Below, one piece after another: positions 46,894-56,566 of a stretch of DNA of 64,000 nucleotides. Every line of letters begins with the position of its first letter. Position 1 is the stretch's first letter. The translations under genes and the position numbers were made by a program. Source of the DNA: a virus; IMG/VR virus record IMGVR_UViG_3300044655_002046. One strand, 5' to 3'. The notes beneath the pieces are model-generated. The model did not search any database, was not told the origin of the DNA, and saw nothing but the letters and a program-made list of their open reading frames with translations.

Positions 46894-48942
46894 AACCCCA
46901 GCGCAATATATCAACGATAATTCATATCCACAGAAGTCAAATCGACCTGCGAGACAACTCCATGGCTCTGGTGCCTCACAAATACCAAACCAGTAGCAGA
47001 TATCGCACTCCTCGTCATCTGGGACTAGCGTGCCTACTGCTGGTGTATCATCTATAATGCCAGTCCCCAGTATATTACCTTCTCGTATAACCAGCACGCC
47101 GCCAGGAGCAGGATTAATTCTCTCTTCCCATCGTCCTAGTACTCCTACGCACGCTGATGGGCGGGGCATACCTAGTAGCCCTGCGCCTAGAGTGGTGCTA
47201 CCGTAGGCAGGTAGATTACCAACTACGTGCAGTGCCTCTCTCCACGCCTCTGTAACATATACTTCTTGATATCCTAATCCTGTTAGCCAGTCGAGAATAC
47301 CTGATATAGTCACAGGGACCTTAGTTGGAGCCGTAGGTACTACTAGTGGTTTATTATACGCTGCACTAATTGAGGGTACTAAGGCCCCCAGTATGTGGCC
47401 TAGATTACCTGATCTAATGGCTGTTTTACTGAATAGGCCAAAGTCTGTAGGTAGAGCCACTCTTACGCGCGACATTGTTTTATCTATACGATAGAGATAG
47501 TTCCTATACAAAGGGCCCAGTTCATCTAGTACTCCTAGGAATGAGGTGCTGGATAGCTCTCTAGCCAGTGATAATCCACACTCTAGCGTAGGGTCATCAT
47601 CTAGTAGAGTGCGGTATGTATTATTTAAACTAGCGTCTCCTACTAACTCTAGTTGGAGTGCTAGGAATGTAGAGCTCACTGTACCTGCCTGTCTTATTAC
47701 ATTAGTGAGGCTCGCCCGCGTCTGGCTAGGTGTATCGGCGTAGTCAACTAGCACGCGGCTTATAAGGGCCCCTAGTGTTATATCTATAGCATCAGTGCCC
47801 CAAGAGGATGTGTAATAATAGAGGCGCGCGCTCTCTATTAATCTATGGGCATGAGGTAGGTATGATCTATCTATACGACTATAGGCCAATATAGCTAGGG
47901 CTGCTGTTATAGTGCCACTAGCTGTAGGGTTATCCAGACTGAGTGACGTGCTTAGAGGTCGCGCGTCTGTCCAACCAGTAATCATTCTACCCCGGCTATC
48001 TATGCGACTCACTAGATACTCTGCTAGTGGGGCGGCCTTATCTCCGTAGCCCGCGATGCAGAGTGCTAGCAGTACAGCGGCGCATGATCTATCCCGTACC
48101 TCTCGAGATACGCGTTTATTATTGGGGCCCACCTCTATACAGTCGCTGCAGTTCTCTACTACGCGTATCTCAGTTAATGCCTGTAGTTTCTCTGCCTCGG
48201 GGCCATATATATCGGCCTCAGAGCTCAGGCTATATACGAAGCGGGGGATACTCCCCCGTCTGCCCGGTAGACTGCCGGGATCCATTAGTTCTAGTAGGCC
48301 CGTGCATGCCCGTCTAACGTATTCGCTGACTGTCGCGTCTATTTCAGAACTGCGGTATATTACATTAGCGTCTGGCCGTATAGATGCTCCTACCATACCT
48401 ATGATAGTCCACGCTAACTCCTCAGTATCTATCGTCTGATCCGCTAGAGAGCGAGCTATGCCTAGTTGCGCGTGAGGAAGGCCCTGTATCTTGTAGTAGC
48501 GTAATAAGAACTCTCCTGTCGTTGGGCTAACGCGCACTACCTCAGCGTACGGCAGACCTGGTATGAGGGGTGTAGTTAACTCAAGGGTACCTTGCTTCTG
48601 TGGATAGAGGGCGTAATTGGAGCGCCCCGGTGTGCCAGTGAGGGGGCACGCTACACCCACGTTGATTACAGTAACTTTATTATCATCATCAGGTAAACCT
48701 GCTATGAAGAAGCCTCCTGTATCCAGTGGGCCTAGTGCCTGATTGCTCCATATACCTATCCGCTCTACGCATTGCGTAGGGGTACAATTGAACTCCAGGC
48801 AATTGGGATCTGGTGGTAGGTCTATATTATTAACATAGCCCTCTCTATCACTAGCCAGGAATAGCTCTACCTCTCCTATCTCAGGATCAGGTATGCCTCC
48901 CGGGATTAGTAGTCGTGATAACCTATAACGATAATTAACCAA
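45787..48942 (-). CDS. baseplate-module protein (aa 1-~684) fused via 21-aa repeats to a PEP-CTERM-type secreted domain
   Basis: Located immediately downstream of baseplate J. Contains ~4 IYC.GVLP.RP..IIEV repeats. The C-terminal ALSTDGFG...AYLY...DG.ALVV.Y...GNLITVGG..D...YNL...NPS.DDNIF region is typical of PEP-CTERM-associated domains (recollection). Confidence 0.7.
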   Translation of the reverse strand: MVNYRYRLSRLLIPGGIPDPEIGEVELFLASDREGYVNNIDLPPDPNCLEFNCTPTQCVERIGIWSNQALGPLDTGGFFIAGLPDDDNKVTVINVGVACPLTGTPGRSNYALYPQKQGTLELTTPLIPGLPYAEVVRVSPTTGEFLLRYYKIQGLPHAQLGIARSLADQTIDTEELAWTIIGMVGASIRPDANVIYRSSEIDATVSEYVRRACTGLLELMDPGSLPGRRGSIPRFVYSLSSEADIYGPEAEKLQALTEIRVVENCSDCIEVGPNNKRVSREVRDRSCAAVLLALCIAGYGDKAAPLAEYLVSRIDSRGRMITGWTDARPLSTSLSLDNPTASGTITAALAILAYSRIDRSYLPHAHRLIESARLYYYTSSWGTDAIDITLGALISRVLVDYADTPSQTRASLTNVIRQAGTVSSTFLALQLELVGDASLNNTYRTLLDDDPTLECGLSLARELSSTSFLGVLDELGPLYRNYLYRIDKTMSRVRVALPTDFGLFSKTAIRSGNLGHILGALVPSISAAYNKPLVVPTAPTKVPVTISGILDWLTGLGYQEVYVTEAWREALHVVGNLPAYGSTTLGAGLLGMPRPSACVGVLGRWEERINPAPGGVLVIREGNILGTGIIDDTPAVGTLVPDDEECDICYWFGICEAPEPWSCLAGRFDFCGYELSLIYCAGVLPNRPIKIIEVSQFAIYCPGVLPNRPIKIIEVNQSVIYCPGVLPNRPIKIIEVSQSAIYCPGVLPSRPTEIIEVIEIIPNAALSTDGFGSTTNSGSIQTDIPAGSTILKAYLYAASVWDLEQVYGVTFNGNTLPRESSIILGPDKNQAITLRWDVTSIIASAFTGGLQNFSIVENGPPSPNLTNDGAALVVAYSNPSTQGFTSVILDGELATTGDTVQFNFASPYVSGDFLVSLAISYSRQPAAGQPQTTIINVTTNSTNNRLLTSSAGGANDRTTGQNSVNGNLITVGGIGDNPANVNPTAVPNGNNPDDEYYNLALGNSASATPFIQPGDTFLRLATVNPSDDDNIFGLFITSGFGISGANVIPVP
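46673..46912. repeat. 63-bp tandem repeat, ~3.8 copies (21-aa unit)
   Basis: Unit starts at 46673, 46736, 46799 and 46862. Confidence 0.95.
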
Positions 48943-49915
48943 TTGGAACCACCTCTACACTCTCTAGGACTGGCATAGTATCAACTGGTGCGAGTGGTAG
49001 TGTGCTTAACACTCGGGCTGCGCTGGCCCCTGAATTTACTAGAGCCAGACCTATACCTCTCGCTGATGGGCTAGTGAGAGGGGGGAGGTTTCTGAAGTAC
49101 TGTCTTATAATTAGACCCGCGTTGACATTACCTGCTACAGCCACGCGTACATTATACGGGAATGGCCGTAGTGTCCTGACCCTGAACCCGATGCCTACGG
49201 CCTTATTCTTCTCTACAACACTACTTATCTGAAATAATGTGCGCTCATCGCTCGCGTCGGTATAGACGGTTATATAGCCGGGCGTGGGATCAGAATCAAC
49301 TATAACTACTCGGCTAAGCGTATTTATTTCATTGATTATAGTCGCGCGTAGAGCCGATAGGCTGCTGCTATCCGATAAGTCCAGGTATTCAAGGACGCGT
49401 AGGCGTAGATTATCGTCACTCTCTCTATCAGTGCCATTTACAATATCACCTACGGCCTCATTGAACGGGTTTCTATATAGGCCTACTACGCCAGTAGCGC
49501 CCGTTAAGGGATCTCGCAATGCGGTGCCGCCTGGTATGACGGCCTCGCCTGGTCTCCCTACTGTTACAGCTACGCGTGTCTCCCCACTATTGCTTATGGC
49601 CTCATTTAGAATAATAGTTATATTATCAGGCGTCAGCATAATAGTCCCCTCAGGTACGGGGCCCAGTACCAGTGCGTAACCACTAGCTGGTGTGCCCTCT
49701 TTTCTAATTATCCCGTATAATAAGGCCATGGCATCTAACTCTACGCCGATGGCATCCATTATAGTAACGGGCCGTGTCTCCTCGTATAGATCTACTATAC
49801 AGGCGGCTATAGCTCGTAATAGGAAGTAGAGATTACTGAGTGGACTGATAGTACCATTTAATACTGTCCCCTGTAGTTTTTGCTGGATGGTACTTAATAT
49901 AGTGTTTAGATTCAT
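48935..49915 (-). CDS. baseplate J-like wedge protein
   Basis: DA.G.ELD.MA..YGI.RK.GT.A.G, G.D.ESD..LR.R and PGYITVY motifs. Confidence 0.85.
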   Translation of the reverse strand: MNLNTILSTIQQKLQGTVLNGTISPLSNLYFLLRAIAACIVDLYEETRPVTIMDAIGVELDAMALLYGIIRKEGTPASGYALVLGPVPEGTIMLTPDNITIILNEAISNSGETRVAVTVGRPGEAVIPGGTALRDPLTGATGVVGLYRNPFNEAVGDIVNGTDRESDDNLRLRVLEYLDLSDSSSLSALRATIINEINTLSRVVIVDSDPTPGYITVYTDASDERTLFQISSVVEKNKAVGIGFRVRTLRPFPYNVRVAVAGNVNAGLIIRQYFRNLPPLTSPSARGIGLALVNSGASAARVLSTLPLAPVDTMPVLESVEVVPIG

Positions 49916-49953
49916 AAGAATACCCGTTATGTTTGACTCGCTCCTGGCGGCAC

Positions 49954-50331
49954 TTACGAAGGTGTCAATGTAGTGGTGAGGGAGCGGTTATCGTTATATA
50001 CAACGTTAATGCGTACCTCGCGCGGGCCTGTTACCTGGATATCTACATCGCGTATATTATACACAGATGGTAGGGCGCGTAGAGCGTTGGTTATAGCTAT
50101 ATCAGCCTTACCTATCCAGTCAAGGTTGAGAGGATCAGATAGATAATTATAGAGGGCATTCCCCACGTCAGCGTCTACTAAACGGAAGTCGCTAGTACCA
50201 GGTACCCATATAGCTACGTGACCCAATGGAATCTCTAGAGCTCGCTTTACTAGATAGTCTCTTTCGTCTACTAGCAGTAGATCGCCATTTGTGCTGAGGA
50301 GTATATCTCCGTCTCTCGTCGCTATATCCAC
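49954..50331 (-). CDS. gp25-like baseplate wedge subunit
   Basis: GDI.L..NGDL.LV...VGNALY..LSDP...I..AL...V..V.I pattern. Confidence 0.65.
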   Translation of the reverse strand: MDIATRDGDILLSTNGDLLLVDERDYLVKRALEIPLGHVAIWVPGTSDFRLVDADVGNALYNYLSDPLNLDWIGKADIAITNALRALPSVYNIRDVDIQVTGPREVRINVVYNDNRSLTTTLTPS

Positions 50332-50333
50332 AG

Positions 50334-50684
50334 TTATAGAGCTATAGGGGGATAAATACTATAGGGTAGCCCCACTATCCAGTAGTCGGTGGGCGCCGTT
50401 AACGCAATAGAACAGTAGCCTCGTCTATTATTTGCCTCTAGTATAAGCGTATAGTAGCCTTGAGTTAATTGATTATCCTTCTTCCATAGGAATAGGGTGC
50501 CCTTCTCCCCCTGTTCACTCTCTCGCTTCCATAGGCGCACACTAGTAGAGCAGGGTATAAGGCGGGGGTTGGGGCTCTCACTATAAAGAATCTCAAGCGT
50601 CAGACTATCTACGCTAGGTAGAGGAGGTGCGTATACTGCTATGCCGTAGCGTATGACTTGTGGGGCGTCTACTGGTGTTATCAT
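50334..50684 (-). CDS. hypothetical virion-module protein
   Basis: ~116-aa ORF; ATG at 50684, just downstream of the IsrB element. Confidence 0.65.
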   Translation of the reverse strand: MITPVDAPQVIRYGIAVYAPPLPSVDSLTLEILYSESPNPRLIPCSTSVRLWKRESEQGEKGTLFLWKKDNQLTQGYYTLILEANNRRGYCSIALTAPTDYWIVGLPYSIYPPIAL

Positions 50685-50714
50685 CAAAAATCATAGGTTT
50701 GAAACCCCGTCCTT

Positions 50715-51734
50715 CTAGGACGGCTTTACAGTTCGCCAGGAGTTGTAGGTAAGAAACTTACAATCTTCTGGCTTTGCGTTTTGGCAAAGACGTTTCCCAG
50801 TAGCAAGACTGTGGAGACTCACGCGAGATTTTACAATATCCTCGCCGCCGACGTAGTATTTATCATACTTGGGATGTTTGACGATCCCGCCACGCTTTAA
50901 TCCTTGAGAGAGGGGACCGCCATAAGGACGGCGATACCCGCCTGCTCCAGGATTGAAAACATGCAACTGCCTACGATGCAGCCGGATTGGCCTGCATTCC
51001 ATAACCACAGTGTTACCCGGGATGGAATTGCCGCCGACCAACAGGTAAGCCAATACCCACGAGTCAACACAATGGGCGTTAAACTCGTTGGATAGCTTGT
51101 TCTTGGACTTCTTCAAACCCAACAATTGACGGGTTAAGTATGTGTCCTCGTAGCCATTGAAAACGGTCAAGTTAGCAATCCGACGCAACTCGGAATAGCA
51201 GTAATGCTTACTCACTTCAAGGGGAGAGAATGAGACATTCCAACGCTTACATCCTTTGCGAGTTTTGGCTTTTATATCCTCAATCCTAATGTGAGAGATG
51301 GGGAATATTGCAACATAAACCTTTACTATCCTGATCTTGAGTTGCCATCTAGCTTTAGTAGACGGAGGGATGCCGCCATGTTTACGGTTCTGACGATTGG
51401 CACGATAGGGAGTCTTACGATACCGCCGTGCCCGCCTTGTATTGGTGCTCATCTCTTCCGCATCCTTTACCCAATCAACAGCATGAAACTGCTGATTGAG
51501 ATATGTGTGGGCCTGAGACTTCACCGTAAATCCTTCGCGCTTAGAGCCGGGGTCAATCCCTACTACTACAGGCTGAGTAATTCGATTGGATGGTTCAACG
51601 TTGAGCCGGATACAGAAAATCCCTTTACGAAAAAATGGGGTTGCCTTGTCTGATTTAATCCAACGAGCAGCCCGGTTGGGTGTGGTTGGCATTAGGGGGC
51701 GCTGGCTTGAATCGACTACTGGAACGTACTGCAT
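50715..51734 (-). CDS. isrB: IsrB RNA-guided nickase (PLMP + split RuvC, no HNH), 339 aa
   Basis: RPLMPT (PLMP), GIDPGSK (RuvC-I), Arg-rich bridge helix, IEDI (RuvC-II) and HCVDS (RuvC-III). Only ~65 aa separate RuvC-II and RuvC-III, with no CxxC/HNH. Confidence 0.85.
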   Translation of the reverse strand: MQYVPVVDSSQRPLMPTTPNRAARWIKSDKATPFFRKGIFCIRLNVEPSNRITQPVVVGIDPGSKREGFTVKSQAHTYLNQQFHAVDWVKDAEEMSTNTRRARRYRKTPYRANRQNRKHGGIPPSTKARWQLKIRIVKVYVAIFPISHIRIEDIKAKTRKGCKRWNVSFSPLEVSKHYCYSELRRIANLTVFNGYEDTYLTRQLLGLKKSKNKLSNEFNAHCVDSWVLAYLLVGGNSIPGNTVVMECRPIRLHRRQLHVFNPGAGGYRRPYGGPLSQGLKRGGIVKHPKYDKYYVGGEDIVKSRVSLHSLATGKRLCQNAKPEDCKFLTYNSWRTVKPS

Positions 51735-51957
51735 GGTTTTGATTGCCCTATAAAGGCTATTATGTAATTCTCTTCGACTTTGAACCATATAGCAGAGAGA
51801 ATGCAGATTAGGGAGGTGTCCGCAACATCTTTTGAAGTGCCACCTTCAGCTATTTCAAATTGGCTTCTCAGCCATTGTCTAGTCCCACTTACGCTTACTT
51901 TCCGCTATTGGCTTTAGCTTCTGGCAAGCCCTGTCGCTTCAGCGCGGGGTTGGTGAC
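51735..51957 (-). ncRNA. omegaRNA scaffold upstream of isrB (guide predicted from flank 5' of 51957)
   Basis: Canonical GTCA...CCCC...TGAAG...GGGCTT start and a conserved GGA.AC.TCCCTA.TC block; noncoding ~220 nt directly upstream of the PLMP ORF. Confidence 0.75.
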
Positions 51958-54900
51958 TATTTCACTAGGTATGATGATGAGATGATTGGAATGAGGCGAC
52001 TCCCTATAGCAGTACTGGGTATAGTGTATATAGTACCTCTATCATCGATGAGACGGAGATAACTATACTGACCATCATATATAGCATGGCCTACATTAGT
52101 CTCCCAATCGTAATCAGTTATCCTGTAGGTTAGCACTGAGGATGTATAGCTATTATCAATCTGCACTGGGTACAGAGTACTATTATCGTATGTCCAGCTA
52201 TCTACTATTATCTGTAAGTCATCCTCTCTACCGGGTAGTAACTCTAGCTGAGTATAGAACAGTAATGGATTAGTTAGGCCCCACTTTAATTTAGTATTGA
52301 TTGATAGTATCTGTGTATCTGCTAGGGCTAGCGTGAGGCGCGGCAGTCGGAAGCATTCATCCAACCCTAGTCTCCAGCGGCCCTCCAGGAGCTCTACTGT
52401 AGTAGGTAATGGCTCTCGGGTAGTTACAGTATCCTCGTTATCAATAAGCCCCTCAATTAATTCGATGATCTCTTGCCTTAACTCCTCATCTCCATTATTG
52501 TATAGATCAATTACAGTAGTAGGTAATGGCTCTCGGGGAGTTACAGGATCCTCGTTATCAATAAGCCTCTCAATTAATTCGATAATCTCTTGCCTTAACT
52601 CCTCATCTCCATTATTGTATAGATCAATTAAAGTAGCAGGTAGTGGTTCTCGGGGAGTTACAGAATCCTCGTTATCAATAGGCCCCTCAATTAATTCTAT
52701 GATCTCTTGCCTTAATTCCTCATCTCCATTATTGTATAGATCAATTAAAGTATTGGTATACTGAGTTAAACGTGGTAATAGAGATATAGTATCTAGTGTG
52801 TCTAATGTATCAGTAGTACCAGAGCGACCCGGGCGGCTCCTATTAGGCTGTGTATTGATATTACCTATGGCGGTGATTAGGTCGCGGGCCTGATCTACGA
52901 CACCTAGACAAGAGATTATATCAATTAGTTGCACTATTTTTTGGATAGGGCTACCGCTTAGCGCGCCTATGATACTGGGCATTAATGCCAGTGACTTACC
53001 TAGGGCTAGTCCGGTGCGGCCTATATCAGTTGCTGCTCTGAGAAGGGCGGTATTATTCTCACCTATGATTTTATCTAGTCCTCCTGATAATAGGGCTTTG
53101 ATGCCATCACCGCGTATGATGCTACCTATGTCCCCGGTGGATATATTTTTGGCTAGTAGAGCAGCACTATTATATATACTCTTTCCTAGTTCTTTATAAC
53201 GTACAGCATCTTTTAGTAAATCAGAGTTCAGTGTAGTGCCTAATGAACTCATGAGAGAGGTTATCTCCTTATCAACGTCTATGGGGTCGTCATCGGGTTC
53301 TCTATTGGCCAGTCGTTTAGCTAAATTATATACTTTATTAGTTACGTCTGCCCCATCTATACCCAGTGTTCTACTTAGGTTACGGCTAATAGAGTTAACT
53401 ATTAGAGCGTCTGTAGTCTGTTCGTTTAGCTTCTGGCCATTTAATAGTGAGGTTCCCAGCTGTGCTAGTTGAGTGGTGTCTACGTATTGGCTAAGACCTG
53501 TGCTCTTGTATAGCCGGTCTAATGCAGGTGATACTAAGGAGTATACCCGCGCTAGGTCTGTTGAGTTATCGCTTACTACTAGCCCGCGGGCCGAGGTGTC
53601 TAGATCACTTAGTTCTAGGAAACCAATAGATAATAACGATAGGGCGTCTTTAATCTCATTGATTATATAAGTCTTGAGTGAAGGAGAATTAAGAAATAAT
53701 TGCTTCAATTCTGCAGGCACTAGATCCTGACTGGTCCCGCCCTCTAGCATGGCTATGGGGTCTATACTATTATTTCTACTGATAGTTAGTACCTGATTGA
53801 CTAGAGCGGTTACCTGAGTGGCAGATACACTGAGCCCCAATCGTTGTAGACCCTCTCCTACCTTCTGTACCTCTAGTTGCACGTCCCCTGCTATATCTAT
53901 AAGGGGCGTATTAATAGATATAGTCAGCTCTCCTACTGCTTCACCCTCTCGCTCTAGATATACATCACTGGCTATTGATGGTACTGCGGCCGGTTCTACT
54001 GCTGCTAACGCTGGTGGATTCTTAGCTGTATCAGTAGCGCTCTTAGCTATGTTCTCCTTACCTGGGTTCTTAGGAGCTACCTTAGAGGCTAATATAGAGC
54101 GCCGTATATCCTCTCCTAGTGAGCCTATAGCATCGCCTCCTGGCGTAGTGGCACCCGGCGTAGTGGCACTTGGCGTAGTGGTAGAGTCATTAGGCTCGGT
54201 GGGTACTTGAGCACCATCTGGATCAGACTGCTCTATATCAGACTGAGTTGGTTTATCAGGAGTATTTGTATTTTTAAGTATGTCCCCACATCCCTTAGGT
54301 AAATCAGGTAGTTTAGGGAACTCTGGTATGTGTGGGATGAGGTCGAGGATCAACTCTATATCATCAGGTATAGGCGGTAGTGTATTGAGAGTCATAACTC
54401 CGCTCAGGGAGATTACAGACCCCGCGCCTTGGAATATGCTGGGCCCCGCGGTTACGTGATTGTGAGTTATGCCCTGGAATGCACTCTTCAACGCATAGGA
54501 GCTCATACCTTCAGGGCTGAAGGTCATACCTGATAACCCGACTCCTGGTACAGATGAGTATATATTAACGCGGCCCACTGGTATCTCAGCTGGCTCCTCT
54601 TTATCATCTGCAGCAGGCTCTCCTATAGGTGATGCGGCTGCTATTATATCTACGTTAGTGGCTCTTGCTACCATCTCGCCGTAGCTATAAAGCTTCATTT
54701 CGTTTAATGATGTGCTGGTGTATGTAGTAGCGTAACTCTTGTAATCGGTAGAGACTCGCTCCATCTCGCCTAGGGCCGTAGCCTTATCTACTTGGGCTAC
54801 TGTCTCACTTCTATCTGATAGGCGTAGTCTATTACCGGCTCGCTGTAAGTCGTCCCCCTCTATAATTCGAGTGCTATCCTTACCTATTGCGTAGTGGTGG

Positions 54901-55475
54901 TCGCTAATGTGATTAATGGAGTTCCCGGATTGCACTACATAGTTATCGGTGACGGACTGCATGAAGGGGGCCCGTTGCGTGATATTGGTATCACTCACAA
55001 ACTGTATATTATTGGCCACCTGCGTGAGTCTATTGGCAGGGGCAATATTGATATTGCCCTGACTTATATCAGCTAGCTCTGCTCTATCACTAAAGAGTGA
55101 GCTCTCCTTGAGCTTACGGATTCCATCTAGTGATTGCTCAGTATTACCATTAACTGCCGTACCTACAGCGTTAATATTCTGTTCTGTATTAGACGCTATG
55201 CCCTCCCGCAGAACCTGGTTGGCCTGTAGGTTCATGTCTCTTAATTCTAATAGTCCCTCTACTGCCCGCACGGGCTCCACTATAATCTGAGAGCTAATGC
55301 GACGAGGTTCGAACGGAGCGGTAGATGCTGCTGCCTGCCCTAGTGTCTGTGTTGCTTGCTGATATGCCGTGTTCTTGGATACCTTATTGAGATCATTGAG
55401 CGCGGGCCCCAGCGTAGGAGTGTTGCGTCCCGCTCCTAGATCTCCTTTCAGTAGTTGATCTTCTATTTTACTCAT
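51957..55475 (-). CDS. multidomain baseplate spike-like protein (N-terminal gp5-C-type beta-helix, 39-aa acidic repeats)
   Basis: Beta-strand repeats at ~aa 140-350, a P/T-rich linker, a helical region and 3x LIDLYNNGDEELRQEIIELIE...EPLP. Confidence 0.45.
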   Translation of the reverse strand: MSKIEDQLLKGDLGAGRNTPTLGPALNDLNKVSKNTAYQQATQTLGQAAASTAPFEPRRISSQIIVEPVRAVEGLLELRDMNLQANQVLREGIASNTEQNINAVGTAVNGNTEQSLDGIRKLKESSLFSDRAELADISQGNINIAPANRLTQVANNIQFVSDTNITQRAPFMQSVTDNYVVQSGNSINHISDHHYAIGKDSTRIIEGDDLQRAGNRLRLSDRSETVAQVDKATALGEMERVSTDYKSYATTYTSTSLNEMKLYSYGEMVARATNVDIIAAASPIGEPAADDKEEPAEIPVGRVNIYSSVPGVGLSGMTFSPEGMSSYALKSAFQGITHNHVTAGPSIFQGAGSVISLSGVMTLNTLPPIPDDIELILDLIPHIPEFPKLPDLPKGCGDILKNTNTPDKPTQSDIEQSDPDGAQVPTEPNDSTTTPSATTPGATTPGGDAIGSLGEDIRRSILASKVAPKNPGKENIAKSATDTAKNPPALAAVEPAAVPSIASDVYLEREGEAVGELTISINTPLIDIAGDVQLEVQKVGEGLQRLGLSVSATQVTALVNQVLTISRNNSIDPIAMLEGGTSQDLVPAELKQLFLNSPSLKTYIINEIKDALSLLSIGFLELSDLDTSARGLVVSDNSTDLARVYSLVSPALDRLYKSTGLSQYVDTTQLAQLGTSLLNGQKLNEQTTDALIVNSISRNLSRTLGIDGADVTNKVYNLAKRLANREPDDDPIDVDKEITSLMSSLGTTLNSDLLKDAVRYKELGKSIYNSAALLAKNISTGDIGSIIRGDGIKALLSGGLDKIIGENNTALLRAATDIGRTGLALGKSLALMPSIIGALSGSPIQKIVQLIDIISCLGVVDQARDLITAIGNINTQPNRSRPGRSGTTDTLDTLDTISLLPRLTQYTNTLIDLYNNGDEELRQEIIELIEGPIDNEDSVTPREPLPATLIDLYNNGDEELRQEIIELIERLIDNEDPVTPREPLPTTVIDLYNNGDEELRQEIIELIEGLIDNEDTVTTREPLPTTVELLEGRWRLGLDECFRLPRLTLALADTQILSINTKLKWGLTNPLLFYTQLELLPGREDDLQIIVDSWTYDNSTLYPVQIDNSYTSSVLTYRITDYDWETNVGHAIYDGQYSYLRLIDDRGTIYTIPSTAIGSRLIPIISSSYLVK
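52398..52752. repeat. 117-bp tandem repeat x3 (39-aa unit)
   Basis: Units are offset by 117 bp (52396, 52513, 52630) and near-identical. Confidence 0.95.
54142..54183. repeat. 15-bp tandem repeat x3 (TTP(S/G)A linker)
   Basis: ggcgtagtgg occurs at 54142, 54157 and 54172. Confidence 0.8.
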
Positions 55476-56566
55476 AGGTCTAGATCCTGTATGGCTCCTC
55501 GTTGATTATCTATTTCAGATATGGCTGCTAGGTTATTACCCATTATCACCCAGTGATCTAGCGTAGACCGCCGTAAATACTGCGAGGCGGTATATAGTAG
55601 ATTACGCACCCGTCCTAGGCGTGTTCTCTCTGCATCATCAGCGAGAACGTATACCTCTACATCGGGTCGAGGGGAATTATAAGCATGTATGTAGGCCAGG
55701 TTGGTCATGTGTGCCGCCATAGCCACTAGGTGCGTATTGAGGCCCCCTGGATACGGCAATGAAATTATGATACTGCTGCTTACCTGCCGTAGTAGGCCGG
55801 GCTCTGTAGGTATCAACCACTCTCGTAACTCATCTGGTGGGTCCTGGCTTAGGTCCTCATAGAGATTAAATAACGCTGGGTCTATTTGTCCGTGCCATAG
55901 ATCCCATAGTAGGTCCGGCCCGCCTGGCACTACCCAGTAGCGTTCTAGATAGGGAGCCTCCATATTCTGTATGGCGTTCAGGAAGCCAGCTACGCGAGTT
56001 ATACCAGTGGGTTGGGATAGAAATGCCCTGAAGAAGCGATGGCTATCTAGTGGCTCCTCTGTTCCTAGTGTTGCGTAATACTCCTTCCAGTTAGGCTGCA
56101 TGTTCCATAGAGTACGAGTGGCTTCATATACTAGACGACAGGGGGTGGCATAGTGCATTCTATAGCCTCCCAGTAGTAGGTAATAGCCTATGCTACTAGC
56201 AGAGGTCCCCCATACTCGCCTATCAGTTAGTAGTAGTGTTTCACTATAGTCATTGGGTGGTAGCCAATTAGGCCTCTCCGCTATACGCCTGTATCTATCT
56301 GCGTGCTGAGTAATGACCGTGTAGTCCAGATTACTCGATGTAGGTAGTGATAGTAGTAGTATGAGCTGTTCCTCTAGAGAGCGCGTTATATCTCTCCACG
56401 TAGGACGAGTACGAGGGAGGGGTACGTTACGCATGATACTGGCTAGTCTTTCGTGAGAGCCCGCTATCAGAATAGATAGATTATTAATAGCCGCCTCATC
56501 GATGCGTGTTACAGCATCTGTATTGGCCCCGGGTAATTGAGGTACGGCCTCTAGATTAATTAGCAC
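55472..56566 (-). CDS. hypothetical virion-module protein
   Basis: 364-aa ORF with an ATGA overlap with the downstream gene. Confidence 0.7.
   Translation of the reverse strand: MLINLEAVPQLPGANTDAVTRIDEAAINNLSILIAGSHERLASIMRNVPLPRTRPTWRDITRSLEEQLILLLSLPTSSNLDYTVITQHADRYRRIAERPNWLPPNDYSETLLLTDRRVWGTSASSIGYYLLLGGYRMHYATPCRLVYEATRTLWNMQPNWKEYYATLGTEEPLDSHRFFRAFLSQPTGITRVAGFLNAIQNMEAPYLERYWVVPGGPDLLWDLWHGQIDPALFNLYEDLSQDPPDELREWLIPTEPGLLRQVSSSIIISLPYPGGLNTHLVAMAAHMTNLAYIHAYNSPRPDVEVYVLADDAERTRLGRVRNLLYTASQYLRRSTLDHWVIMGNNLAAISEIDNQRGAIQDLDL

Larger units (their letters stand above)
50695..51957 (-). mobile_element. non-autonomous IS200/IS605-superfamily element (isrB + omegaRNA, no tnpA)
   Basis: Upstream end GTCACCAACCCCGCGCTGAAGCGACAGGGCTT and downstream hairpin CCGTCCT-aga-AGGACGGGGTTTC, followed by ATGA. 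Confidence 0.85.

Noticed and set aside
46673-46912. CRISPR-like appearance of the 63-bp periodic sequence (also the 117-bp repeat at 52398-52752)
   Set aside because: The units are contiguous and near-identical with no unique spacers, have periods divisible by three within ORFs, and no cas operon is present.
50715-51788. IscB call and the longer 357-aa start
   Set aside because: There is no HNH/CxxC between RuvC-II and RuvC-III, so it is IsrB. The extra 18 N-terminal codons lie in the omegaRNA, and the PLMP domain begins at ATG 51734.
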